Part shown: piece by piece, positions 1 to 7,225 of the stretch
Position numbering within the stretch: position 1 is the first letter of the stretch
Layout of the letters: each line of letters starts with the position of its first letter
Assembly: GCA_046570105.1 (NCBI GenBank)
Contig: JBKHVI010000075.1
Location: forward strand, 1-10,586
Origin: Bacteriovoracia bacterium
GTDB lineage: Bacteria; Bdellovibrionota; Bacteriovoracia; Bacteriovoracales; Bacteriovoracaceae
DNA length: 10,586 nt
Direction: 5' to 3'
The notes under the pieces: model-generated
The model's database searches: none
Told to the model about the DNA's origin: nothing
What the model saw: only the letters and a program-made list of their open reading frames with translations
Made by a program: the position numbers and the translations under genes

Positions 1-1
1 G

Positions 2-1618
2 GATGCCATGCCTGGTAAACAAATGGCGATCGATGCGGATTTGAACGCTGGCCTAATCGATAACAACGAAGCCAAACGTCGTCGTGCTGAAATTGCGCAA
101 GAAGCAGATTTCTACGGTTCGATGGACGGTGCTTCGAAGTTCGTTCGAGGTGATGCTATCGCAGGTATTTTGATCACAGTGATCAATATCATCGGCGGTA
201 TTATTATTGGCGTGGCCCAACATGACATGGCGTTTGCCGATGCTGCTGAAACATTCACCCTACTAACCGTCGGTGACGGTCTTGTTGCTCAGATTCCTGC
301 TCTTATTATCTCAACTGCGGCCGGTATTATTGCCACTCGCTCTAGTAGCGGCAATGCTCTTGGTAAACAAGTTGGTGATGAATTCACGGTTCATCCGAAG
401 GCCTTCTACATTACAGGTGGAGTACTCGGCTTATTTGCCATGATTCCTGGTCTTCCTGGACTGCCATTCTTTGGCATTGCCGCTCTTTGTGGTTTTGCTG
501 GATACCGCATTGAAGTCACTAAGAAGAACGCTGAGATTGCGAAGAAGAGCGATGAAGTTAAAGAACAGAAATCCCATGGCGAAACGCTTGAAAGTCTCTT
601 GCCGGTGGAGTTGGTGCAGCTTGAAGTCGGTTACGGCTTGGTGAGCATTGTTGATGCTGATCAAAATGGCGATCTGCTCGAACGTATCTCACATCTTCGT
701 AAACAGTTTGCCACTGATTGGGGTCTCATTATTCCATCAGTTCGTATCAAGGATAATTTGGAGCTTAAGCCAGGTGGCTATTCTGTGAAGTTGAAAGGAA
801 TTGAAATTGCCAAAGGCGAATTGATGCCTGATCACTTCTTGGCGATGGATCCCGGAACAGTTATTGGTGAAGTGGATGGCGTAGAAACCAAAGAGCCCGT
901 CTTTGGTTTACCGGCCTTGTGGGTGACAGAAGATCTACGTGATGAAGCTCAGTACAATGGCTACACCGTGGTTGATCTTTCAACTGTAGTAGCGACTCAC
1001 TTAACAGAAGTCTTGAAAGCGAATCTGCATGAGTTGTTAGGTCGCCAAGAGTTGGTGCGCTTGTTGGATAATTTCAAAGAGGACAATCCTAAAATTGTGG
1101 GTGATCTCATTCCAGATATTCTTCCGATGGGAACAGTACTCAAAGTTATGCAGAATCTTCTACGCGAAGGAGTCTCTGTTCGTGATCTTCGCTCGATTCT
1201 TGAAACGATGGCAGAATTTGGGCCAACCACAAAAGATGCTGACACATTGACTGAGTATGTTCGTCAGGCGTTGTACCGTCAGATCACTGAACGTATCAAA
1301 GGTGCTCAGGGAGATATCCCACTCTTCACTCTTGATCGCACAGTTGAAGAGAGCATTGCTCGCTCGATTGTACGCTCTGATGGTCATGAACAACTCTCGC
1401 TTGATCCTAAGGTGACACAAACTATTCTCGCTGGTCTCAATGAAAAGATTGAAGAGGCCACCAATGCTGGGGAAAAGATGGTGGTACTTTGTTCACCTGT
1501 CATTCGTCGCCACTTCAAGCGCTTGACTGAAAAGTTCATTCCCAACCTGATTGTGGTCAGTCATAATGAATTAAGTCCTGAAATTAACATCCGCTCACTT
1601 GGTACCGTAAGGTTGTAG
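2..1618 (+). CDS. flhA: Flagellar export gate protein FlhA (5'-truncated by window edge)
   Basis: Frame is open from base 2 (GAT GCC ATG = D-A-M). It reads DAMPGKQMAIDADLNAG...EADFYGSMDGASKFVRGDAIAG (FHIPEP signature), then LLTVGDGLVAQIPAL, TM helices, and the cytoplasmic domain (LEVGYGL, EPVFGLPALW, GYTVVD, NLLREGVSVRDL). The ATG at 8 is internal. Neighbours flhF/flhG/fliA indicate the flagellar rather than the injectisome homologue. Confidence 0.97.
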   Translation, partial: DAMPGKQMAIDADLNAGLIDNNEAKRRRAEIAQEADFYGSMDGASKFVRGDAIAGILITVINIIGGIIIGVAQHDMAFADAAETFTLLTVGDGLVAQIPALIISTAAGIIATRSSSGNALGKQVGDEFTVHPKAFYITGGVLGLFAMIPGLPGLPFFGIAALCGFAGYRIEVTKKNAEIAKKSDEVKEQKSHGETLESLLPVELVQLEVGYGLVSIVDADQNGDLLERISHLRKQFATDWGLIIPSVRIKDNLELKPGGYSVKLKGIEIAKGELMPDHFLAMDPGTVIGEVDGVETKEPVFGLPALWVTEDLRDEAQYNGYTVVDLSTVVATHLTEVLKANLHELLGRQELVRLLDNFKEDNPKIVGDLIPDILPMGTVLKVMQNLLREGVSVRDLRSILETMAEFGPTTKDADTLTEYVRQALYRQITERIKGAQGDIPLFTLDRTVEESIARSIVRSDGHEQLSLDPKVTQTILAGLNEKIEEATNAGEKMVVLCSPVIRRHFKRLTEKFIPNLIVVSHNELSPEINIRSLGTVRL

Positions 1619-1622
1619 ACCA

Positions 1623-3095
1623 ATGTTTGTGAAGAAGTTTGAAGCTGACACTATTGATGAAGCGCTCAAAGCGGTTAAGGCCGAGTTGGGCCCTGATGCT
1701 ATCATTCTTAAAACCATCACCAACAAAGGTCTGAAAGGTGCTTTCAAAAAAAAGCGCATAGAAATCACAGCGGCGATTTCAGAGAAGAACTTTGATAAAA
1801 AAGCAAAGGTGGACAAAGTGCTCAACGAAGACCAAAAACGAGATTTCTACACTCGCGGTGCTGGCTCAATGAAAGCATCCATTGATGAGTATGCTCAAAG
1901 TCCATCTACTGCCGGTGCTGCTGGCTACGGACAAATTGGTCTTAATAAAGTGGTTAATCAACTGGCCCGTGGCAAAGCAGGCATTACTGAAGCTGCTAAA
2001 AATACTTCTCAGGCACTTCGCCAAGGTCTTGATGATTTTTTAGGTGAAGAAGATTTGGATACGGATGATGATGCACTCGAGGAGATCATTCCTGCTCGTA
2101 GAGCTCCTGCACCTCGCCCTCAAGAGTCTCGTCCTCAGCCGAGAGTTCAAGCGGCGCCACAGCCTGCTCCTGAGCCTCAGGCGCAGGGACTCTCAAGTGT
2201 AGCGCGCGAAGTAATTAATGAGCTTCGCCAAGAACTCAAAACACAACAACACCGCATCCAGCTCCTAGAGCAGCGTTTACATGAAATGGGACCTGCTCAT
2301 GCTGTTCAGGCCAGCGCTGATGCTAAAGGTATTTTTCAACTTCGCACCACGCTTAAGTCGCTCGAGGTTGATGAAGCCATTGTGATGGATCTGATTCGCA
2401 AAGCCGCTTATGAACTTTCCAAAGATGATTTGGAAAACACCGATGTCGTCTTTGAATTTGCTCTTCGTGAAATGACTCAATCTGTGAATGTGGCAATGCC
2501 ACTTTTCTCACGTGTAGAGGGCGATGAGCCAGTGGTAACGGTACTTCTGTCAGAAGCGGCCGCTGGTCAGAGCAGTATGTCGATGAAGATTGCTGTACTC
2601 AAAAAAGACGTCGAAATCATCCAGTACTCAACCGATGGTGGCCATCAGAGCGGGGCAGACTTTGCCGCTCAAGTATTTGGGCTAAAAACTCATCGCGCTC
2701 AGAATCCAGCGGAGATTGTTCAGCTCGCTCGTAAGTGCGTGGAAGCTGGAAAAAGTGTCTTGGTTGATCTGCGCCTGGCCAGTAAACAGCAGGATGAGAC
2801 GAAGAAATTTATTGAGTCGCTACGCCGTGGCTTCCACCATGTCGAAGTGCTTATCACGATCTCTGCGATTCATGGGGAACTTTATAACCGTAAAATTCTT
2901 TCCCGTTACAAGGAACTGGCAGACGGGCTTATAATTTCTCATGTGGATTTGTGTCTCAATTTTGGGGCGCTTTATAATGTCCACCGTGCTCATTCCAAGG
3001 TTCCGTTAAAGTTCTTTGGTACGGGTCCAGTTGTTCCAGACGACGTAGAGTCGGCAACAGCTGAAAGAATTATGGCAGGCTTGTTTCAGTTCTAG
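1623..3095 (+). CDS. flhF: FlhF-like flagellar biosynthesis protein, SRP-GTPase fold with degenerate GTPase motifs (490 aa)
   Basis: Lies between flhA and flhG. Typical FlhF N-terminus (MFVKKFEADTIDEALKAVKAELGPDAIILKT...IEITAAI), long disordered B-domain linker, and FlhF-like C-terminus (PLKFFGTGPVVPDDVESA). G1-G5 motifs are substituted (see findings). Confidence 0.88.
   Translation: MFVKKFEADTIDEALKAVKAELGPDAIILKTITNKGLKGAFKKKRIEITAAISEKNFDKKAKVDKVLNEDQKRDFYTRGAGSMKASIDEYAQSPSTAGAAGYGQIGLNKVVNQLARGKAGITEAAKNTSQALRQGLDDFLGEEDLDTDDDALEEIIPARRAPAPRPQESRPQPRVQAAPQPAPEPQAQGLSSVAREVINELRQELKTQQHRIQLLEQRLHEMGPAHAVQASADAKGIFQLRTTLKSLEVDEAIVMDLIRKAAYELSKDDLENTDVVFEFALREMTQSVNVAMPLFSRVEGDEPVVTVLLSEAAAGQSSMSMKIAVLKKDVEIIQYSTDGGHQSGADFAAQVFGLKTHRAQNPAEIVQLARKCVEAGKSVLVDLRLASKQQDETKKFIESLRRGFHHVEVLITISAIHGELYNRKILSRYKELADGLIISHVDLCLNFGALYNVHRAHSKVPLKFFGTGPVVPDDVESATAERIMAGLFQF
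2091..2186 (+). repeat. Pro/Gln/Ala/Arg-rich low-complexity coding segment in the FlhF B-domain linker
   Basis: Encodes PARRAPAPRPQESRPQPRVQAAPQPAPEPQAQ, with imperfect cctcag/cctgct recurrences. It follows an acidic tract (DDFLGEEDLDTDDDALEE). Confidence 0.6.
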
Positions 3096-3108
3096 TTCGT
3101 AAATGATT

Positions 3109-3160
3109 TGTATCCGCTTCCCTAGGATGGGGGAGCTGAGTAAGTGGATGTACAGGAGGT
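3109..3160 (+). promoter_or_regulatory. Structured flhG leader with four GGA motifs (candidate CsrA/RsmA sites) and Shine-Dalgarno AGGAGGT
   Basis: Hairpin 3116-3124/3128-3136 with a GGA loop, and outer stem 3109-3115/3146-3152. GGA occurs at 3125, 3132, 3146 and 3155. SD at 3154-3160. Confidence 0.5.
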
Positions 3161-3162
3161 AT

Positions 3163-4023
3163 ATGCAGAAGACCAGTGATTGGCTGATGTCATTCAGCCG
3201 AGGCCCGCGACTCGATTCTCGTCCCGCGGCTCCTATTTCTAAACCATCACATTGCGTGAAAGTTTCCGTGACCGGCGGCAAGGGTGGCGTAGGAAAAACT
3301 TCTGTAGCACTTCGCATGGCACGTGAATTAGCAGGACTCGGTCATCGTGTTTTGCTGATCGACTGTGACATGAATCTCTCGAATACCGCTATCAAACTTG
3401 GTCTTCCACTAGATGATACTTTTTGGAAATTGCTCTCGGCTGAGAAAGATTTCCGTGAGTGTGTGATTCAGCGTGATGGCTATGATTTGCTACCTGCCTG
3501 CAATGGCAACATCGAATTATTTGAGAGTGAAATGGCGTTTGATGAAATCATCATCGATATCATTTCAGCTCATGAAAATGAATACGACTGGGTTCTCTTA
3601 GATTGCCCAGCAGGATTGTCACGCGAGAGTCTCACACTCAATGCTTGGTGCGATCACCGCATTGTTGTCGTGACGCCTGATAAAAGTTCCATCACTGATT
3701 CATATTCACTCGTAAAAATTCTTCAGACTCGCTTCGGAATCAAAGAAAATCACCTTTTGGTGAACATGATTCAGAACGATCGCCAGTTCCAAAAGGTCGT
3801 TATGACCCTGAGTGAGACGATCGAGAATTTCCTTGGATGCCGGACTCACGTACTCGGTGGTTTGCGCAAAGTGGATGTTTCTGCCGAGGGATTTGATACT
3901 TTTTTCCTCTCTGAGACCGGAAGTGAGTGGCATAAAAATTTCTTCAAGACTGTGCAGAGTTTCGCCGAAAAATGGGGTGCCAGCAAGACCCGCCAACTGG
4001 ACCTTGAACAAGAAGTTCACTGA
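3163..4023 (+). CDS. flhG: MinD/ParA-family ATPase FlhG (FleN), flagellar number regulator (~286 aa; start uncertain: 3148, 3163 or 3187)
   Basis: Deviant Walker A GGKGGVGKTS (3274-3303), VLLIDCDMNLSN, LLDCPAG, VVTPDKSSITDSYSLVK and LLVNM. Lies between flhF and fliA. Start 3163 chosen because AGGAGGT precedes it, although the spacing is short. Confidence 0.88.
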   Translation: MQKTSDWLMSFSRGPRLDSRPAAPISKPSHCVKVSVTGGKGGVGKTSVALRMARELAGLGHRVLLIDCDMNLSNTAIKLGLPLDDTFWKLLSAEKDFRECVIQRDGYDLLPACNGNIELFESEMAFDEIIIDIISAHENEYDWVLLDCPAGLSRESLTLNAWCDHRIVVVTPDKSSITDSYSLVKILQTRFGIKENHLLVNMIQNDRQFQKVVMTLSETIENFLGCRTHVLGGLRKVDVSAEGFDTFFLSETGSEWHKNFFKTVQSFAEKWGASKTRQLDLEQEVH

Positions 4024-4035
4024 GACCCCGAGCTT

Positions 4036-4041
4036 AAGGAG
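4036..4041 (+). promoter_or_regulatory. Ribosome-binding site of fliA
   Basis: AAGGAG 8 nt upstream of ATG 4050. Confidence 0.8.
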
Positions 4042-4049
4042 CTACGCCC

Positions 4050-4835
4050 ATGTCGTCATTGACGAGTAAATTAAAAAACCTCAAAGACTACCGCAGCACC
4101 GTTGATCCTAAAGTGAAGGATGAAATCGTGCTCGAGTATGCTCCTTTGGTGAAATACATCGCGCAAAAGATTGCCTCGCGCTTGCCATCAAATATCGAGC
4201 TCGATGATTTGATGTCTTGTGGAGTCATCGGTTTGATGGACGCCATCGAGAAGTTCGATCCATCTCGCGATAACAAATTTAAAACCTACGCTGAATTTCG
4301 TATTCGCGGTGCCATTCTTGATGAACTCCGTTCACAAGACTGGGTGCCACGTTCTGTACGTGAGAAAGCGAAGCAAGTAGAGCGCGCATACGCCAAGCTT
4401 GATAAAGAGCTGGGTCGCCCGGCAACTGACGAAGAGATGTGTGTTGAGCTTCAGTGCAACATGGAAGAGTTCCATGACCTGATCAACAAGTCGAAGTCAG
4501 TATCTTTATTGAATATCGACGACACGGCTTCAATGGGCCGTGGTGATAAGAAGCTCATGGTGAACCTAATGGAGAATAGCCGTTCGGCCAATCCATTCTC
4601 AGCGGTAAACTATAAGCGTGCCCAAGACATCATCAAAGAAGGCATCAAAACCCTTCCGGAGAAGCAACGTTTGGTGCTCTCGCTCTATTACTTCGAAGAT
4701 TTGAACCTAAAGGAAATTGGTCAAGTTCTCGACGTGACAGAATCACGTGTCTCTCAGCTACACACTCAGGCGATTTTGAAGCTCAAAGCTAAACTTCGCA
4801 CTCAGTTCGATAGCCACGAAGACCTCGCTAGCTAA
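4050..4835 (+). CDS. fliA: RNA polymerase sigma-28 factor FliA/WhiG family (261 aa)
   Basis: Region 2: YAPLVKYIA...LDDLMSCGVIGLMDAIEKFDPSR...FKTYAEFRIRGAILDELRSQDWVPRSVR. Region 4: LSLYYFEDLNLKEIGQVLDVTESRVSQLHTQA. Good RBS and expected operon position. Confidence 0.97.
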   Translation: MSSLTSKLKNLKDYRSTVDPKVKDEIVLEYAPLVKYIAQKIASRLPSNIELDDLMSCGVIGLMDAIEKFDPSRDNKFKTYAEFRIRGAILDELRSQDWVPRSVREKAKQVERAYAKLDKELGRPATDEEMCVELQCNMEEFHDLINKSKSVSLLNIDDTASMGRGDKKLMVNLMENSRSANPFSAVNYKRAQDIIKEGIKTLPEKQRLVLSLYYFEDLNLKEIGQVLDVTESRVSQLHTQAILKLKAKLRTQFDSHEDLAS

Positions 4836-4860
4836 TTTCAAATTTCATTCGTAAATAGTG

Positions 4861-4891
4861 AACCCAGGGCCAGTCCCTGGGTTTTCATTTT
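4861..4891 (+). terminator. Rho-independent terminator of the flhA-flhF-flhG-fliA operon
   Basis: Perfect 9-bp stem AACCCAGGG (4861-4869) / CCCTGGGTT (4875-4883) with loop CCAGT, followed by T-rich TTCATTTT, 25 nt after the fliA stop. Confidence 0.85.
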
Positions 4892-4910
4892 GTATTCAAT
4901 TTCCCATAAT
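4882..4910 (+). promoter_or_regulatory. Possible sigma-70-type promoter for the 4940 gene, overlapping the terminator tail
   Basis: TTTTCA (4882-4887), 17-nt spacer, CATAAT (4905-4910). The match is weak and the DNA is AT-rich. Confidence 0.3.
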
Positions 4911-4939
4911 AGAGTGAGGTCTTAATCAAAGGGTTTTGC

Positions 4940-7225
4940 ATGGAAGCGCGTACTCTCAAATTCACTCGTTGGCTCACTCATGGCATGTTGGCGATAAGTG
5001 CTGGCGGCATCATGGGTGTTGCGTGGGAATTGCAGCATACTTTGGCAAAAAAAGAGAGCTCAGAAGAAATCCAGTTCAAGCTGCGCAATAAGCTCGAGAC
5101 CATTCGCGCTAAAAATCCATTTAAAACTATTCATCGCTCGCTTGAATCAGTGCAAACCAACGATGCTCACGACAAACTCTCTAAACTCAACAAGTCTATG
5201 CAGTCGCTTGAATCGGAATTGGGTATTAAGCGTGGAGACGAGCTCGATAAAATTTTCCATGAACATAATCGTCTCATTCAAGAAGCAGCTGCTTTCTCAA
5301 AGCCGAAAGAATTGATTCAAACGCTTTCAGACAAAGTAGCACGCTTAGAATCTTTAGCTACGACTCGTCGTTGGGGTAATCTCACCAAAATGTCGCAACG
5401 GATGAAGGCGCGCTTAGGTCAATTGCAAATCAATGCCCGCGTAGAATCACCTTTAGTGCGTTTCATGGATAGTGACTTAACTGCCATGACTTCGCTTATC
5501 AAAGGCTCAACCCTCGAAGAAAAAGATAAAAATGAAGTGCTTCGTCAGTTGGAAGGAATTCGCCAAGAAATTTCTATGTTGCTGGATCTCCATCAAAGTC
5601 GCAAAGGCTTTACGGATCTTATCGAGCGCGCCGATGAAGCTGTCGGACGCTGGGCCGCTCGTGCAGATATGGCGGTTGGAACTCTCAAACATCGCGCCCA
5701 TGAAGCGGTCCTCAATTCGCTTCATCACTTATGGGCGATTGGCGTCTTTATTACCTTAGGTTGGTTCTTGGTGGGAGTGCTTTGGGCCATGGGGAAGCGC
5801 TCGCAACAGAAAATGCAAGACGACAATCTACTTGAGTTGTTAATGGAAGGAGTCTTGAGTGATCGTCCTATTTGGCAAAAACTCACCGGTCCCGCCCGTA
5901 GAGATGAACTCCAACATGCGATGAGAATTATCCGTAAGCGTATGGTGCTGGGTGAAGATTTTCAGGCCGCCATGCCGTTTGCCTCCGTCCTTATTAATCA
6001 TGAATTGAAACTCATTTGGGGAAATACTCTCTTCTGTGAGCAGTTTGGTATTGATGAGCAAGAACTCAGCCACGAATTCAATTCTTGGGAAAGTATTGTT
6101 GCTCGACTCTCTGGACCTGAAACTGATCCAGTAAAAGAAGCGCTAGAGACTTGCGCTCCTGGTACTTGGCAGGTCAAGTGGCAGATGGAAGATGGCGTAG
6201 CGATTCCTTTGGAAATGCATGTGTCTCCGATTGAAGGTAAAAAACATAATAAAATTCTCGTCGCCTTCTATCCGATGGCGATGATGCAAGATGCGATTCA
6301 ATCACAAGCACAGATTGTTATGGCACCCGTGCGCTTAGCATTGGATGCACTTGAGAATGAAAACTGGAGTATTGAAACGGAGAGAAATTTAGCGCCTCAA
6401 TGGCAGCAAGTGGGACTCTCGCAAGATTGGGAAAAACTCAGTCGCACCATTCATCGCATGGATCAGGCGAGAAACGATATTCTCTTGCAGGCACAGCGCT
6501 TAGAGAATGAGAAACACGATCAAATGAAAACCATTGCCGATCTCTCATCAGTATTAGAGCAGCGTGGAATTGCCATGCGCGCTCAAATGCAATCTCTAAA
6601 AGATGTCCGCGATAGCTTAGCGTCACTCGATCAATTAGGTGCTGATCTTGGAATGGAGCATGCTGCTCTTTTAACCAGTGCCAGAACTTTGATGAAGCGT
6701 TTTGATCATATCTATGAAGCTTCACGCTCCCTCAGTGATCGCATGGGACAGGCCAAAGATGCGGTTAGCCAGTTAGAAAAAACTAAGCTCGCTTATCGTC
6801 AGGGCAAACAAGATCTCCAAGAAACGAAGCAAGAAATGGTGCAACTCCACAACGCCTTCATCAATGTGCTTCCTGAAATGGATTTGAAGGCCCAAGAGTT
6901 GGCAGGTGAGATGAAAGACGCTCTCATGAAGCTCGATCGCGCTATCAGTCAGTTAGATAACAAAATGACAGGCTTTGATGTGCAAATTACCAAGCTTGCC
7001 ATGGCCTTTACCGGTCCTGTTCCTGAATTTGATCGTCACTTGGCCTCAATTGATGTGGCGGCCCACGAAAGAGTCGCCCAGGAAATTGCCCAGGCGATGC
7101 AAGAAGACCAAGAGTTGATCATTGAGCGTCTTAAAAAGTTAGTTGATGAATTGCGCAGCGATACCCAGCAGTGTATAAGTGCGCACAAACTTCAACTGAG
7201 CACGGATCTCACTGATCATACATGA
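4940..7225 (+). CDS. Hypothetical two-TM membrane protein with periplasmic helical domain, cytoplasmic PAS-like domain and long coiled coil (chemoreceptor-like architecture, 761 aa)
   Basis: Long ORF. Hydrophobic segments at aa ~11-29 and 264-285. PAS-like pattern at aa ~340-445 (AMPFASVLINHELKLIWGNTLFCEQFG...WQMEDGVAIPLEMHVSPI...ILVAFYP). Heptad-rich helical C-terminal ~270 aa. The ORF is secure; the function is inferred. Confidence 0.7.
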   Translation: MEARTLKFTRWLTHGMLAISAGGIMGVAWELQHTLAKKESSEEIQFKLRNKLETIRAKNPFKTIHRSLESVQTNDAHDKLSKLNKSMQSLESELGIKRGDELDKIFHEHNRLIQEAAAFSKPKELIQTLSDKVARLESLATTRRWGNLTKMSQRMKARLGQLQINARVESPLVRFMDSDLTAMTSLIKGSTLEEKDKNEVLRQLEGIRQEISMLLDLHQSRKGFTDLIERADEAVGRWAARADMAVGTLKHRAHEAVLNSLHHLWAIGVFITLGWFLVGVLWAMGKRSQQKMQDDNLLELLMEGVLSDRPIWQKLTGPARRDELQHAMRIIRKRMVLGEDFQAAMPFASVLINHELKLIWGNTLFCEQFGIDEQELSHEFNSWESIVARLSGPETDPVKEALETCAPGTWQVKWQMEDGVAIPLEMHVSPIEGKKHNKILVAFYPMAMMQDAIQSQAQIVMAPVRLALDALENENWSIETERNLAPQWQQVGLSQDWEKLSRTIHRMDQARNDILLQAQRLENEKHDQMKTIADLSSVLEQRGIAMRAQMQSLKDVRDSLASLDQLGADLGMEHAALLTSARTLMKRFDHIYEASRSLSDRMGQAKDAVSQLEKTKLAYRQGKQDLQETKQEMVQLHNAFINVLPEMDLKAQELAGEMKDALMKLDRAISQLDNKMTGFDVQITKLAMAFTGPVPEFDRHLASIDVAAHERVAQEIAQAMQEDQELIIERLKKLVDELRSDTQQCISAHKLQLSTDLTDHT

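Noticed and set aside
8..10. ATG at 8 as the flhA start
   Set aside because: It lies within the conserved LDAMPGKQM motif. The frame is open upstream and the N-terminal TM helices are outside the window.
2..1618. Injectisome SctV (type III secretion) instead of FlhA
   Set aside because: The flhF-flhG-fliA context identifies it as flagellar.
1623..3095. flhF as a pseudogene
   Set aside because: Full-length uninterrupted ORF with conserved N- and C-terminal segments. The losses are concentrated at nucleotide-binding residues.
3103..3162. Longest-ORF start of flhG at 3103 (MICIRFPR...)
   Set aside because: No SD upstream and the peptide is not family-like. The strong SD lies at 3154-3160.
4940..7225. 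Sensor histidine kinase, diguanylate cyclase or canonical MCP
   Set aside because: No H-box plus N/G1/G2 boxes, no GGDEF/EAL motif, and no canonical MCP tip sequence.
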